A stretch of 38,902 bases of DNA from Sulfurimonas sp. (GTDB lineage: Bacteria; Campylobacterota; Campylobacteria; Campylobacterales; Sulfurimonadaceae): positions 1 to 38,902 of the forward strand of contig JAMOSE010000140.1 of NCBI GenBank assembly GCA_027063215.1, in the 5' to 3' direction. The position numbers and the translations under genes were made by a program. Positions 28,447-37,184 of the stretch are shown here, piece by piece. The notes under the pieces were generated by a model. The model saw nothing but the letters and a program-made list of their open reading frames with translations, had not been told where the DNA came from and searched no databases. Every line of letters starts with the position of its first letter. The stretch's first letter is position 1.

Positions 28447-28916
28447 CTTTTTATATCATCTACTAACTCTTTAAAAGCCTGCAGTGCAAGTAAAATAAAA
28501 GCAAGAGGCATTAAAGATTTTACAATCCAACGGTATGCCAACCCTCCAGGATCCGACGATGCTTCATGCTGTAGATAACTCATCTCTACAAATCCAATTC
28601 CAATATAAATGATTAAAAAAGAGAGCGGTAAAATGAAAAAAACAAATGAAAAGATATTAATCAAGAGTTTTGTTTTTTGTGAAAAATTTTCATAAAAAAT
28701 ATCTACCCTTACATGTGCATTATTTCGTAATGTATAAGCAATACTTAAAAGAATAACAACATCAAAAAAATGCCATTCCAACTCCTGTAAGGCCGTCGAA
28801 CCTTCAGAAAAAAGATAACGGCTTGTAGCATCAAATACTACCAATACAACTAAAAGAGCTAAAACAATTGCTGTTATATAGGCTATATATTGTGTAATTT
28901 TGTCTATAAACTTCAA
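28431..28916 (-). CDS. TRAP transporter small permease (DctQ)
   Basis: Four TM segments; QELEWH, HVRVDIFY and SSDPGGL motifs; TTG start with SD GAAAGGAAG. Confidence 0.9.
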   Translation of the reverse strand: MKFIDKITQYIAYITAIVLALLVVLVVFDATSRYLFSEGSTALQELEWHFFDVVILLSIAYTLRNNAHVRVDIFYENFSQKTKLLINIFSFVFFILPLSFLIIYIGIGFVEMSYLQHEASSDPGGLAYRWIVKSLMPLAFILLALQAFKELVDDIKRWRAL

Positions 28917-28930
28917 AGCTACTTCCTTTC

Positions 28931-30766
28931 TTAAAAATAGTATTTTAGCATGAAAGAAACAGTAGATTCATCTTCTTTCTTATCAATAACTACTTTCTCT
29001 TTATAATCATATTTTAACACTATTTGAGAGTTTTGTGTTATCCGTATGCCACTTGAAGCATGTAAAAGTATCTGATCGTAACCATTATCATATACTCTTT
29101 GCGTAATTTCAAAGTTTAAATTAAAATTTTCTTTATATTTATCTATTTTCAAACCAAAACTCGCACCAACACCAGAATGAAACTTACTGTCTTGATATGC
29201 TAATGGATCACTCATAATATATACAAATCCAAAATCATTTCCCCAGGAAAATCCTGCACCAACACGCAAGGAAAAAGTAGGATCTCTTGTTAAAAAATCA
29301 TTATCCCATCCAATTTTTGTACGCCATGAGAAGTTCTTAAAAAAAAGACTTCTTTGTGCTATGGAGACAATGGAGATAATTGTAGCCTTCTCAAGCTTTG
29401 TCTTTTTTTTGGATTTAGATGCTAAAAGATTTAAAAACTCTATCTGCGTACCCCGTAAAAATCCATAAGCACTATCTTGAAGATCATGGTAAGCAGGACG
29501 AATACCAAGAAAAGTAACAAGATTTCCATCTCTGCTTCCAAGCCCAAGCTGTGCCCGAACAGCTCTATGTCCATCTATAGGATTTGGAGGCGTAACTATT
29601 TGTAATGGTTTTGTAATGCCAAGTTTTGCTCTCGCTGTCGTCATTGCATGAAAAAGATCAAGATACTGCTCTTTTTTGATTTTACCTCGTGAATATTGAT
29701 ACTCCAGATACTCAACGGCACTCTCTAAAATATAGCGCTGTTGATCAATGTCTATACTGTTATTGTTAACAATATCGCTACTTTTTATTTTTGCTTCAAC
29801 AAGTTTAATTGGCAACTCTTTATATTTTTCATTTAAAAGTTTTTCATATTTTAAAAGTTTTGTTCTCTTTGAAGGACGATAGTGTTTATCACTGACTATA
29901 CCTGCATCTTTTACAACATGAACTGTTTCTAAAGGAATCACTTCATAAGTAAAGTGTTTTCGCAACTCCAAAGATGGTCGCGCAACTTCCAAAAGCCAAA
30001 GCATATTGTAAGAACAGTTTTGCGTAAAAAAGTAATAATATGAGTGTGTACCATTTAACTCCCAGATATGACGAAACATCTGCATAGTCTCAGCTTGGGT
30101 AAGATTTAAATCATACTCCCAGATATCACGTTGTTCAGAGTCTCTGTACTCTTTGAGTTTCTCATAATAAGGTAATAAAGAGTAGAGACCATAATACCCA
30201 CCGACAAGCCCTTTAATAGCAAAAACAACACCATTTTCTGTATCAGGATTGGCATCAGCAGCATAATTAATCGCATAAGAGAGCAGTTTTGAGTTATATG
30301 AAGAGTTAATACGTAAAAAAGTATGTCCAAACATAGAAGCTGGTGAGTTTATATGTGCGGCAGGAAAAACAAGTGTTGTTGATTTAGGATCAACTCTCTC
30401 TAAAATCTTATTATACTCTTTACACTCTGCTTTTGGAAAATCATCCCCATGCAGTTTCTCTTTTAACCAAGTATAACGGGCAGGAAATTTACAAATACTA
30501 GAGTTGTCATCGCTCTTTTCATCAGAGAAAAAAGCATCCAAAGTTGCTAACAATTCAGCCTGAGGATTCCTGTTACCATCTTTTGCAAAGAAAAAGTTTG
30601 GATCATCTATCTCACTTACATCACCATTCATATGAAGTAAAAGATGCCAGTAGTGCTGTTGTCCAAGTTGAAGTTTATTGGCTTTATTTTTATAGTTTTG
30701 AACACTCGAAGCAAAAAGCACACTAATGTTAAAAAATATAAAAACTAATACTGTAAAGAACTTGAT
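28931..30766 (-). CDS. DUF4105 (Lnb N-terminal-like) domain protein with probable C-terminal outer-membrane beta-barrel
   Basis: CKFPARY, PASMFGHTFLRI, EQRDIWEYDLNL, YYFFTQNCSY and RPAYHDL motifs; alternating beta-strand pattern ending in LKYYF. Start uncertain: ATC 30766 (SD-supported) versus TTG 30802. Confidence 0.8.
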   Translation of the reverse strand: MKFFTVLVFIFFNISVLFASSVQNYKNKANKLQLGQQHYWHLLLHMNGDVSEIDDPNFFFAKDGNRNPQAELLATLDAFFSDEKSDDNSSICKFPARYTWLKEKLHGDDFPKAECKEYNKILERVDPKSTTLVFPAAHINSPASMFGHTFLRINSSYNSKLLSYAINYAADANPDTENGVVFAIKGLVGGYYGLYSLLPYYEKLKEYRDSEQRDIWEYDLNLTQAETMQMFRHIWELNGTHSYYYFFTQNCSYNMLWLLEVARPSLELRKHFTYEVIPLETVHVVKDAGIVSDKHYRPSKRTKLLKYEKLLNEKYKELPIKLVEAKIKSSDIVNNNSIDIDQQRYILESAVEYLEYQYSRGKIKKEQYLDLFHAMTTARAKLGITKPLQIVTPPNPIDGHRAVRAQLGLGSRDGNLVTFLGIRPAYHDLQDSAYGFLRGTQIEFLNLLASKSKKKTKLEKATIISIVSIAQRSLFFKNFSWRTKIGWDNDFLTRDPTFSLRVGAGFSWGNDFGFVYIMSDPLAYQDSKFHSGVGASFGLKIDKYKENFNLNFEITQRVYDNGYDQILLHASSGIRITQNSQIVLKYDYKEKVVIDKKEDESTVSFMLKYYF

Positions 30767-30792
30767 AAGAAAACCTTTTGATGAAAAGAAGT

Positions 30793-30816
30793 TCTCACGC
30801 AAAAATCTGCGTGAGA
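30793..30816 (-). terminator. Terminator/attenuator hairpin between the DUF3015 and DUF4105 genes
   Basis: Perfect 9-bp stem TCTCACGCA/TGCGTGAGA with a 6-nt loop, followed on the minus strand by ACTTCTTTT, 8 nt after the DUF3015 stop. Confidence 0.7.
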
Positions 30817-30824
30817 TTTAGAAA

Positions 30825-31271
30825 TTATAAAGCAGTTGTAGAGATATTATCTAAAACATCAGCCATTTTAACTGACTTACTGCTATAAATTTTATTATAG
30901 TTTGCTTGAAGTGCTGTATTGAAAGCTACTTTATCTTGAACATTTAAAAGCTCATCTAAAGTATCTAATGATTCACCATGACCAATTGCTATCTCTTTTG
31001 CTAAGATATCCATATTTGATGCAACAAATTCTGCAGCTCTTTCATTCATAACAAACTTAGTCTTTTTACATCCAGAAGTACCAGAAGTGATACCAAAAGT
31101 TTGACTTCCAGTAGTACCATTTGTAGTTGCTTGAAGAGCAAGCATAATTGCAGACGAATTATCTTTGATAATCATTGAACCTAAACCACAACCTGTCTGA
31201 CTGTTTACTGTTGCAAATGCACCTGTACTTAATGCAATAACTGCTGCTAAACTTATTAATAATTTTTTCAT
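30825..31271 (-). CDS. DUF3015 family secreted protein
   Basis: Signal peptide ending AFA; GCGLGS, ATTNGT, QTFGITSGTSGC and L..EIA.G.GE.L motifs; SD AAAAGG. Confidence 0.85.
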   Translation of the reverse strand: MKKLLISLAAVIALSTGAFATVNSQTGCGLGSMIIKDNSSAIMLALQATTNGTTGSQTFGITSGTSGCKKTKFVMNERAAEFVASNMDILAKEIAIGHGESLDTLDELLNVQDKVAFNTALQANYNKIYSSKSVKMADVLDNISTTAL

Positions 31272-31302
31272 ATTTCACACCTTTTATTTTTAAAATAGAT
31301 CA

Positions 31303-31308
31303 ATTGTA
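31303..31308 (-). promoter_or_regulatory. Candidate -10 (TACAAT) for the DUF3015-DUF4105 unit
   Basis: Minus strand reads TTAAGCTTAGTTTGTT-TACAAT, 31 nt upstream of the ATG, in the 65-bp gap after murF. Confidence 0.45.
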
Positions 31309-31336
31309 AACAAACTAAGCTTAATGTTTTCTGTTT

Positions 31337-32782
31337 TTATATAAAGTTTGGTGCATCATTGGCAAAGAGGATAATATCACCCGCTTTTGTCTGATTTGCA
31401 AGGACTTCTGTCAGTGCAGCTTTATCTGTAAGTAAAATCTTATTTTTTACATTCAAATTTTTTATAAAAAGATCGGCATTCAAAGAACCCGTAACAATGG
31501 CAATATCAAAAACATCATTAATAGCATCAATAAGTTGTAAATTTAAAGTCTCACTACTCTCAACAAGTCCAGGTGTAACAATTACTTTTCGTCCTTCATG
31601 TGTTGAACAAAGACGTACAGCTTCTAACATTCCGTCAATATTTCCATTATAACCATCATCTAGAATTATTTTTCCACCTGCTTTTATAAGCTGAAGTCTA
31701 TGATCAACAGGTTGGAGTTTCGCTACAGCTTTTTGAATTGCTTCACTGCTCATTCCAAAATCTTTTGCTATACGCACTGCTACTGCAATATTCATCGTCT
31801 GAAATGCACCAAGAACATCCGTATGAAGATGCAATTCTTCTCCATCAAATTCTAAAGTAAAATCTGTACCTTCAAGGCTTGCTTTGACATCTTTGATCTC
31901 GTCACCAAAAAAGGTCACTTTCTCATGTGGTTCATCTGTTACAGAAGTATGGATATAAGCATGCTCTAATCTCGGAGATTGCATAATCTCTAATTTTGTT
32001 CGTATGATATTCTCCAGTGTTTTAAAGTACTCAATATGTGCTTCACCAACACGTCCTACAACAACAGTCTGTGGCTCTAAAAAAGTAGTAATTTCATAAA
32101 TATCCCCTCTTTGACGTGCTCCTGCTTCACAAATATAGATCTCTATATCTTCATTCAAATTATTGTTTACATCTGCAATAATTCCACCTATGGTATTAAC
32201 ACTTCTTGGTGTTGCATAAACATTATACTTGTTCGCAAGGATCTGTGCTACAAAATTTTTAATACTAGTCTTTCCATAACTCCCTGTAATACAAATAATT
32301 TGAAGGTCTTGCATACTTTGAAGTTTTTTCTTTGCCTCTTTTTTATAAACTTTAAATAAAAATTTCTCAATAAGCGTCGAACCGATATACGCCAGAACCA
32401 AAGGCATCATAACACCATAAATTCCACAAGCATCTTTTAGTGTACAAAGTATGTCCTGAAAAAGTGTCAAAGAGATCAAAAGAATTAAAAAACGCTTCAC
32501 CCGCCAGGTAAGAACAAGCTTTTTATCAAGCCTTTTATACCAAATAAAAATGGCCGGAACAACTGCAAAGATAAAAAATATAGGAAAAAATCTATCGGTA
32601 GTATAGTAAGCAACCAAAGGAATAATAAAATAGAGTATATGCCAATGTGGCTTATGATGTTTTAAGATCACACGTTCAAGTTTGTAATCATACCACTGCA
32701 GATTTGTTATAAGGTACCATCCAAGCAGGGTCACAAAGACTACATTAACAACAAATGCAATAAAAGCTTCATAATTCTCCAT
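31337..32782 (-). CDS. murF: UDP-MurNAc-tripeptide--D-Ala-D-Ala ligase with N-terminal membrane domain
   Basis: ITGSYGKTSIK P-loop, CEAGAR, HIEYF, DDGYNGN and TPGLVE motifs. The N-terminal TM helices are typical of Campylobacterota MurF. Confidence 0.88.
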   Translation of the reverse strand: MENYEAFIAFVVNVVFVTLLGWYLITNLQWYDYKLERVILKHHKPHWHILYFIIPLVAYYTTDRFFPIFFIFAVVPAIFIWYKRLDKKLVLTWRVKRFLILLISLTLFQDILCTLKDACGIYGVMMPLVLAYIGSTLIEKFLFKVYKKEAKKKLQSMQDLQIICITGSYGKTSIKNFVAQILANKYNVYATPRSVNTIGGIIADVNNNLNEDIEIYICEAGARQRGDIYEITTFLEPQTVVVGRVGEAHIEYFKTLENIIRTKLEIMQSPRLEHAYIHTSVTDEPHEKVTFFGDEIKDVKASLEGTDFTLEFDGEELHLHTDVLGAFQTMNIAVAVRIAKDFGMSSEAIQKAVAKLQPVDHRLQLIKAGGKIILDDGYNGNIDGMLEAVRLCSTHEGRKVIVTPGLVESSETLNLQLIDAINDVFDIAIVTGSLNADLFIKNLNVKNKILLTDKAALTEVLANQTKAGDIILFANDAPNFI

Positions 32783-33517
32783 CTATTTTCCTTTTGTTTG
32801 TAAAAAATCTGATTCTATTTTATGAGAGATATCCATTGCATTTTGCATAAAGAAGTAGTGATCACCACTATATACTTCCAAAATAGAATTTTTTATAAGC
32901 TGATCAATCTTTTGTGCTGAAGAAAGTGGAGTTGCAGTATCTTCTTCTCCCCAAAAAAGCAATGCACGACCATTATAGTTAGCAAATTCTTGGGAAAAAT
33001 CCTCATTCACTACTTTTTTAAAGGTCTCATACATCTCATGACTTAACTCTTTTGCATCATCAGCAACAAATAAAGAGCGGAATTTTGTAAGTCCAAAGAG
33101 TTTTAAAAATTTAAAAAGTGTTATTTTAAGTTTTACAGAAGTTGGTTTTTCTCTATAGATACCCGCACTCGCTACTAAAACCAACATTTGTGGATTAAGA
33201 AGAAGTCCAACTTTACCACCAAAAGAGTGACCAAGAACGATCTCCTTTTTAGCACCTATCTCTTTAAGAAAAAGATCAAGAATTGCTGCCACATCTTTTG
33301 TTGTTAAAACCATAGAAGTAGTCGAATTTCCAAAACCAGGAAGATCAATATAAATATGTCGAAAATCTTTCATATAAGGAGTAAAACTCTGTTTCATCAA
33401 GTTTTTATTACTCCCCCAGCCATGTAAAACTATAAAGTCTGTTTTTGCAGCAGGGTTATATATCTCATAGCTGATATCAAATATATGTTCTTTATAAGAA
33501 ATGCTCTTTAGAGCCAT
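32783..33517 (-). CDS. Alpha/beta hydrolase
   Basis: LHGWG, DLPGFG, GHSFGG nucleophile elbow, and Asp (GEEDTAT) and His (GDHYF) triad members. Confidence 0.9.
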   Translation of the reverse strand: MALKSISYKEHIFDISYEIYNPAAKTDFIVLHGWGSNKNLMKQSFTPYMKDFRHIYIDLPGFGNSTTSMVLTTKDVAAILDLFLKEIGAKKEIVLGHSFGGKVGLLLNPQMLVLVASAGIYREKPTSVKLKITLFKFLKLFGLTKFRSLFVADDAKELSHEMYETFKKVVNEDFSQEFANYNGRALLFWGEEDTATPLSSAQKIDQLIKNSILEVYSGDHYFFMQNAMDISHKIESDFLQTKGK

Positions 33518-34563
33518 TATTTCCCTTTGGCTTGAGAAATTGAATGAATATATTCATAACTTGCTTTAATTCTTTTTGTATGAGGCAGAGCGTTACTCAA
33601 ATCTTCTATAACTGCAGAAAAATCTTCAAAAAGATAGTTTGCCATCGATCCAGGAATCGGATTGATCTCGTTTAAAAGAACCTCATCATTATGAACAAAA
33701 AAATCACAACGAATCAAAGCACCTTCAAAAAGACCACGATAAACTTTATCAAAATTTGATTTGAGTCTTTTTTCCAACTTCTCTGAAATATCAGCTTTTA
33801 ATACCTGTTCTGAACGTGAAAAATCCATATATTTTTTATCAAAGTCCAAAAACTCCTCTTTATGAGGCTCTTCTATTAGAGAGTAGTTCATTGTACCCTT
33901 TGCATAATATCCTGCTAAATTATACTCCTTAACCCCTTCTAAAAACGGTTCAATTAAAACAACAGAATCAAATTCAAAAGCAACATCAAGTGCATAATCA
34001 AGTTCACTCTCATCTTTTACTATACTCACGCCAATAGAACTTCCAAGACGAGAAGGTTTTACTATAATTGGATAAGAAAGAGATAGATTACTGAGTTCAT
34101 CTTTATGTGCTATTTCATAAGGTACATATTTTACACCTACTGCTTCACAAAGATATTTTGTATAGCGTTTATCATAAGAAAAAGTACAGGCATCTACACG
34201 TGGACCAATATATTTAATAGAGTAAAAATCCAAGAGTGCTGCGATTGTTCCATCTTCTCCATCAGCTCCATGTATAAGATTCAACACTATATCTTTATAC
34301 TCTTTTGAACTACCAAACATCCCTTTTTTAGGTTCTACAAAAGCACCATTTTGTAAAACAAGGCATGGCATCTTTTTATGTTCACCTTTTGAAAAAGTAA
34401 TAGCTTTCATCTTATTTTGTTCAATTAAATAAAAAGTATGATCACTGTCACAAAAAATAAAAGTCAAATCAAAGGCAGAGAGTTTCTCTTTTAGTGTTAT
34501 AGCACTTACAATGCTTATTTCATGCTCAAAACTTGCACCACCGAATAAAATTGTTAATTTCAA
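33517..34563 (-). CDS. ddl: D-alanine--D-alanine ligase
   Basis: LFGGASFEHEISIVSA, HGADGEDG, KPSRLGSSIGV, RCDFF and NEINPIPGS motifs; TTG start. Confidence 0.95.
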   Translation of the reverse strand: MKLTILFGGASFEHEISIVSAITLKEKLSAFDLTFIFCDSDHTFYLIEQNKMKAITFSKGEHKKMPCLVLQNGAFVEPKKGMFGSSKEYKDIVLNLIHGADGEDGTIAALLDFYSIKYIGPRVDACTFSYDKRYTKYLCEAVGVKYVPYEIAHKDELSNLSLSYPIIVKPSRLGSSIGVSIVKDESELDYALDVAFEFDSVVLIEPFLEGVKEYNLAGYYAKGTMNYSLIEEPHKEEFLDFDKKYMDFSRSEQVLKADISEKLEKRLKSNFDKVYRGLFEGALIRCDFFVHNDEVLLNEINPIPGSMANYLFEDFSAVIEDLSNALPHTKRIKASYEYIHSISQAKGK

Positions 34564-34582
34564 TATATATTTCCTTAATTCA

Positions 34583-35155
34583 TTAAATTGTTTGAAGTAA
34601 TTTCAATGCACCTTTTACAAGGGTAGCTGTATCTTCACCTTCACATGCAGAGAGTGCTTTTGAAATTTTATCTTTTTTAAATCCTAGCGCTTCTAGCGCT
34701 TCACTAGCCTCACTATAAGCTGCTGTTTTTACTGAAGTAGTTACAGAATCACTTAACATCTCCGCATCAAAACCATTGAGCTCAACTAAAATACGCCCTG
34801 CACTCTTTGGACCAATTCCCGGTACTTTTTGCACCGCTTTTACATCTTTGTTAGAGAGGACTGTAGCAAACTGTGAGGGTGTGTAGGTCGAGCAAATTGC
34901 CATAGCAACCTTTGGACCTACACCATTAATTTTAACAAGACGAGTAAATAGTTTTTTTTCATTCATATCCATAAAACCATACAATAGATTCGCATCTTCT
35001 CGAATGATTTGTATAGTATACAGTGAAACTTCATCTTTGCCTAAGGTAGAAAAAGTATGCAATGATATAAAAACTTCATAAACAATACCATTTACATTTA
35101 TATGTACAACAGATGGCTCTTTATAAACTACTTTTCCATTAATTCCAACTATCAT
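34583..35155 (-). CDS. ruvA: Holliday junction branch migration protein
   Basis: IREDANLLYGF, HhH motifs NGVGPK and PGIGPKSA, C-terminal ALEALGF. Confidence 0.96.
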   Translation of the reverse strand: MIVGINGKVVYKEPSVVHINVNGIVYEVFISLHTFSTLGKDEVSLYTIQIIREDANLLYGFMDMNEKKLFTRLVKINGVGPKVAMAICSTYTPSQFATVLSNKDVKAVQKVPGIGPKSAGRILVELNGFDAEMLSDSVTTSVKTAAYSEASEALEALGFKKDKISKALSACEGEDTATLVKGALKLLQTI

Positions 35156-35165
35156 AAATTATCTG

Positions 35166-37094
35166 TTACTCCTCTTCATCGTCATCTATTGGGCGAATTG
35201 CATATTCCCCTTCATCAACTTCTACTAAAGCAAAAATCTTTTTATCAGAACCTTCAAGTGGTTTATATACTAACTCTATTGGCGGATCTACTAGTTTGAA
35301 TTTTATTTCATTATATCCAATCCATTTATCATGATTAATTATACGTGCATCAAAAATATTAGCTTGAAAAGATGCTGTACGTGTTGTCAAAAGATTGAGT
35401 TTTTCCTGTTTCAACTGATATTGTTCTTTCAAGTCTTTAAAATGTTGCTGCATATTTTGAAATTCTTTATATTTTTTTATAAAACTTTTTGGCATTTTTA
35501 CCTTGTTTTTTTGATAATGCAATAAGCGTTTTTTAATCTCTATAAAAGATTTCGTTCCACTTTTAATAAGCTGTGTATATTGTTCTATCTCTTTTTTTAA
35601 TGCTTTGATATCTGATTCCAACTCTTTTATCTGTTCTTCATTATCTTCAACAGAATTTTGCACATCACGACTTAAAAGCGGATCAATAGTAAAACTGTTT
35701 TCACTACCAAGTAATCTTTTGATCTCAATTTTCTGAGATGCAGTTACCTTTACATGAGAAGCACAAATCTCAAGTTCTACCTCTTTTGCTCTAATATTAC
35801 CACCTACAGCTTGTGCTATCTTTACATTTTCACCTTCTACACTACCATGTTCAAGTCGAGTAATATGAATATCTTTTCCATATGCTGTTCCTTTATGCAC
35901 ATTAATATCAAGATCATCCGCTCTGATTATTGCAGTTTTATGCGTCTGACCACCAATACTTGCCTTTTGTGCTGTAACCTTTGCATTCGAACCTACATTT
36001 CCATCTATCTCTATCTCTGTAACTTCTACGATCATTCCTGGACCAACAGCATCTTTAATCGCATCAGCCTCTTTTACAACCATATTTACTTCAGAATCAA
36101 CACCACTCTCAATCGATCCGGTTGTTTTGAAACTAACAGCATCAATATCAACTTCTTTTTTGATCATATAGGTATTATTTTCAAAGGCGATATAGCCATT
36201 CTCTTTGGCATAGTATTTTATAGAATCTTCATCTTCAACCATCCTGATATTATCACTGATGTTGAACTTGGGTTCATGTTTAATTACAGGTTCTTTTGGC
36301 TTTATATATTCACCACGACAGTTTCGTCCTGGTTTACCCGGCTTAGCTTTAACATACTCAATAAGAAGGTCACCCTCTTTTACCCCCTGAATAAAACCTC
36401 TTGAAGCATAATTAATCCGCTCATTTTCACTCACTTCCTTGTTTTTTTCATAATGAAGGATTAAGGCATCATTGATGGTAGCTGTCGGTTCATATCCCTC
36501 TGCTACAAGATGTGTTTCACTTTTTTGAAACTCTATATGTTCAGCAATCCGGACACGTGCAGAAATTTTAGAAGCAAGATCTTCAACCATAGAATCAAAC
36601 ATATAAATCAAAATACCAGCACGAATTTTTTTTCGATTTATCAGCTCAATAAAATCATTTTCAAAACGAGGAACATAATCAACTTTAGATCCCTCTGCAA
36701 TATTGAGATAAACTTTACACTTTGTAGCATTCGCTCCAACAGAAAGTTTTAAACCACTGTATGGATCATCCTTTGCAGACCTTTTGGAAAAAACTTCTAT
36801 CTCATAGGTTTGTTTTATCTCAAAGTTAGGATTTAAAAGCATTGCTTCATCATCAAAAGCCTGTGCTTCTTCTACTGCTATCTCTTCCCATTCAGCTTCT
36901 TTTGAACCTTCTGAAATCATACGTGTATATGTCTGAACATCCAAGAGGTTAAAATCCAAAAGTTCAGGATCCATATCATAAGATTTTGCAATTTTAAAGA
37001 TCTCTTTTGCAACATTTTGTGCACGAATTATTGTTGGACGAACTTTTTTTAGTGATACTGCAGAAGTTTTTTTACTTGAACCAAATAGTGCCAT
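35166..37094 (-). CDS. DUF342/FapA-family protein (often annotated flagellar assembly protein A)
   Basis: KPGKPGRNCRGE, V.FKTTGSI, beta-helix-like repeats and a C-terminal coiled coil. Position between ruvA and murJ is typical of the lineage. Confidence 0.75.
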   Translation of the reverse strand: MALFGSSKKTSAVSLKKVRPTIIRAQNVAKEIFKIAKSYDMDPELLDFNLLDVQTYTRMISEGSKEAEWEEIAVEEAQAFDDEAMLLNPNFEIKQTYEIEVFSKRSAKDDPYSGLKLSVGANATKCKVYLNIAEGSKVDYVPRFENDFIELINRKKIRAGILIYMFDSMVEDLASKISARVRIAEHIEFQKSETHLVAEGYEPTATINDALILHYEKNKEVSENERINYASRGFIQGVKEGDLLIEYVKAKPGKPGRNCRGEYIKPKEPVIKHEPKFNISDNIRMVEDEDSIKYYAKENGYIAFENNTYMIKKEVDIDAVSFKTTGSIESGVDSEVNMVVKEADAIKDAVGPGMIVEVTEIEIDGNVGSNAKVTAQKASIGGQTHKTAIIRADDLDINVHKGTAYGKDIHITRLEHGSVEGENVKIAQAVGGNIRAKEVELEICASHVKVTASQKIEIKRLLGSENSFTIDPLLSRDVQNSVEDNEEQIKELESDIKALKKEIEQYTQLIKSGTKSFIEIKKRLLHYQKNKVKMPKSFIKKYKEFQNMQQHFKDLKEQYQLKQEKLNLLTTRTASFQANIFDARIINHDKWIGYNEIKFKLVDPPIELVYKPLEGSDKKIFALVEVDEGEYAIRPIDDDEEE

Positions 37095-37124
37095 TTTTTT
37101 TACCCATCATTTTTATTAGAGCTG

Positions 37125-37149
37125 ATTTTAACGAAAAGTTTGTTAAAAT
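37125..37149. promoter_or_regulatory. Back-to-back -10 boxes: TAAAAT (-, 37125-37130) and TGtTAAAAT (+, 37141-37149)
   Basis: Consensus hexamers in the 90-bp divergent spacer between the DUF342 gene and murJ. Confidence 0.5.
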
Positions 37150-37184
37150 TTCGTAAAAATTATGATTTCACCACAAAGAGTTCC

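Noticed and set aside
35754-36404. 216-aa + strand ORF
   Set aside because: Entirely antisense to the DUF342 gene, with Phe/Ile/Cys/Asn-rich shadow composition, no motif and no SD.
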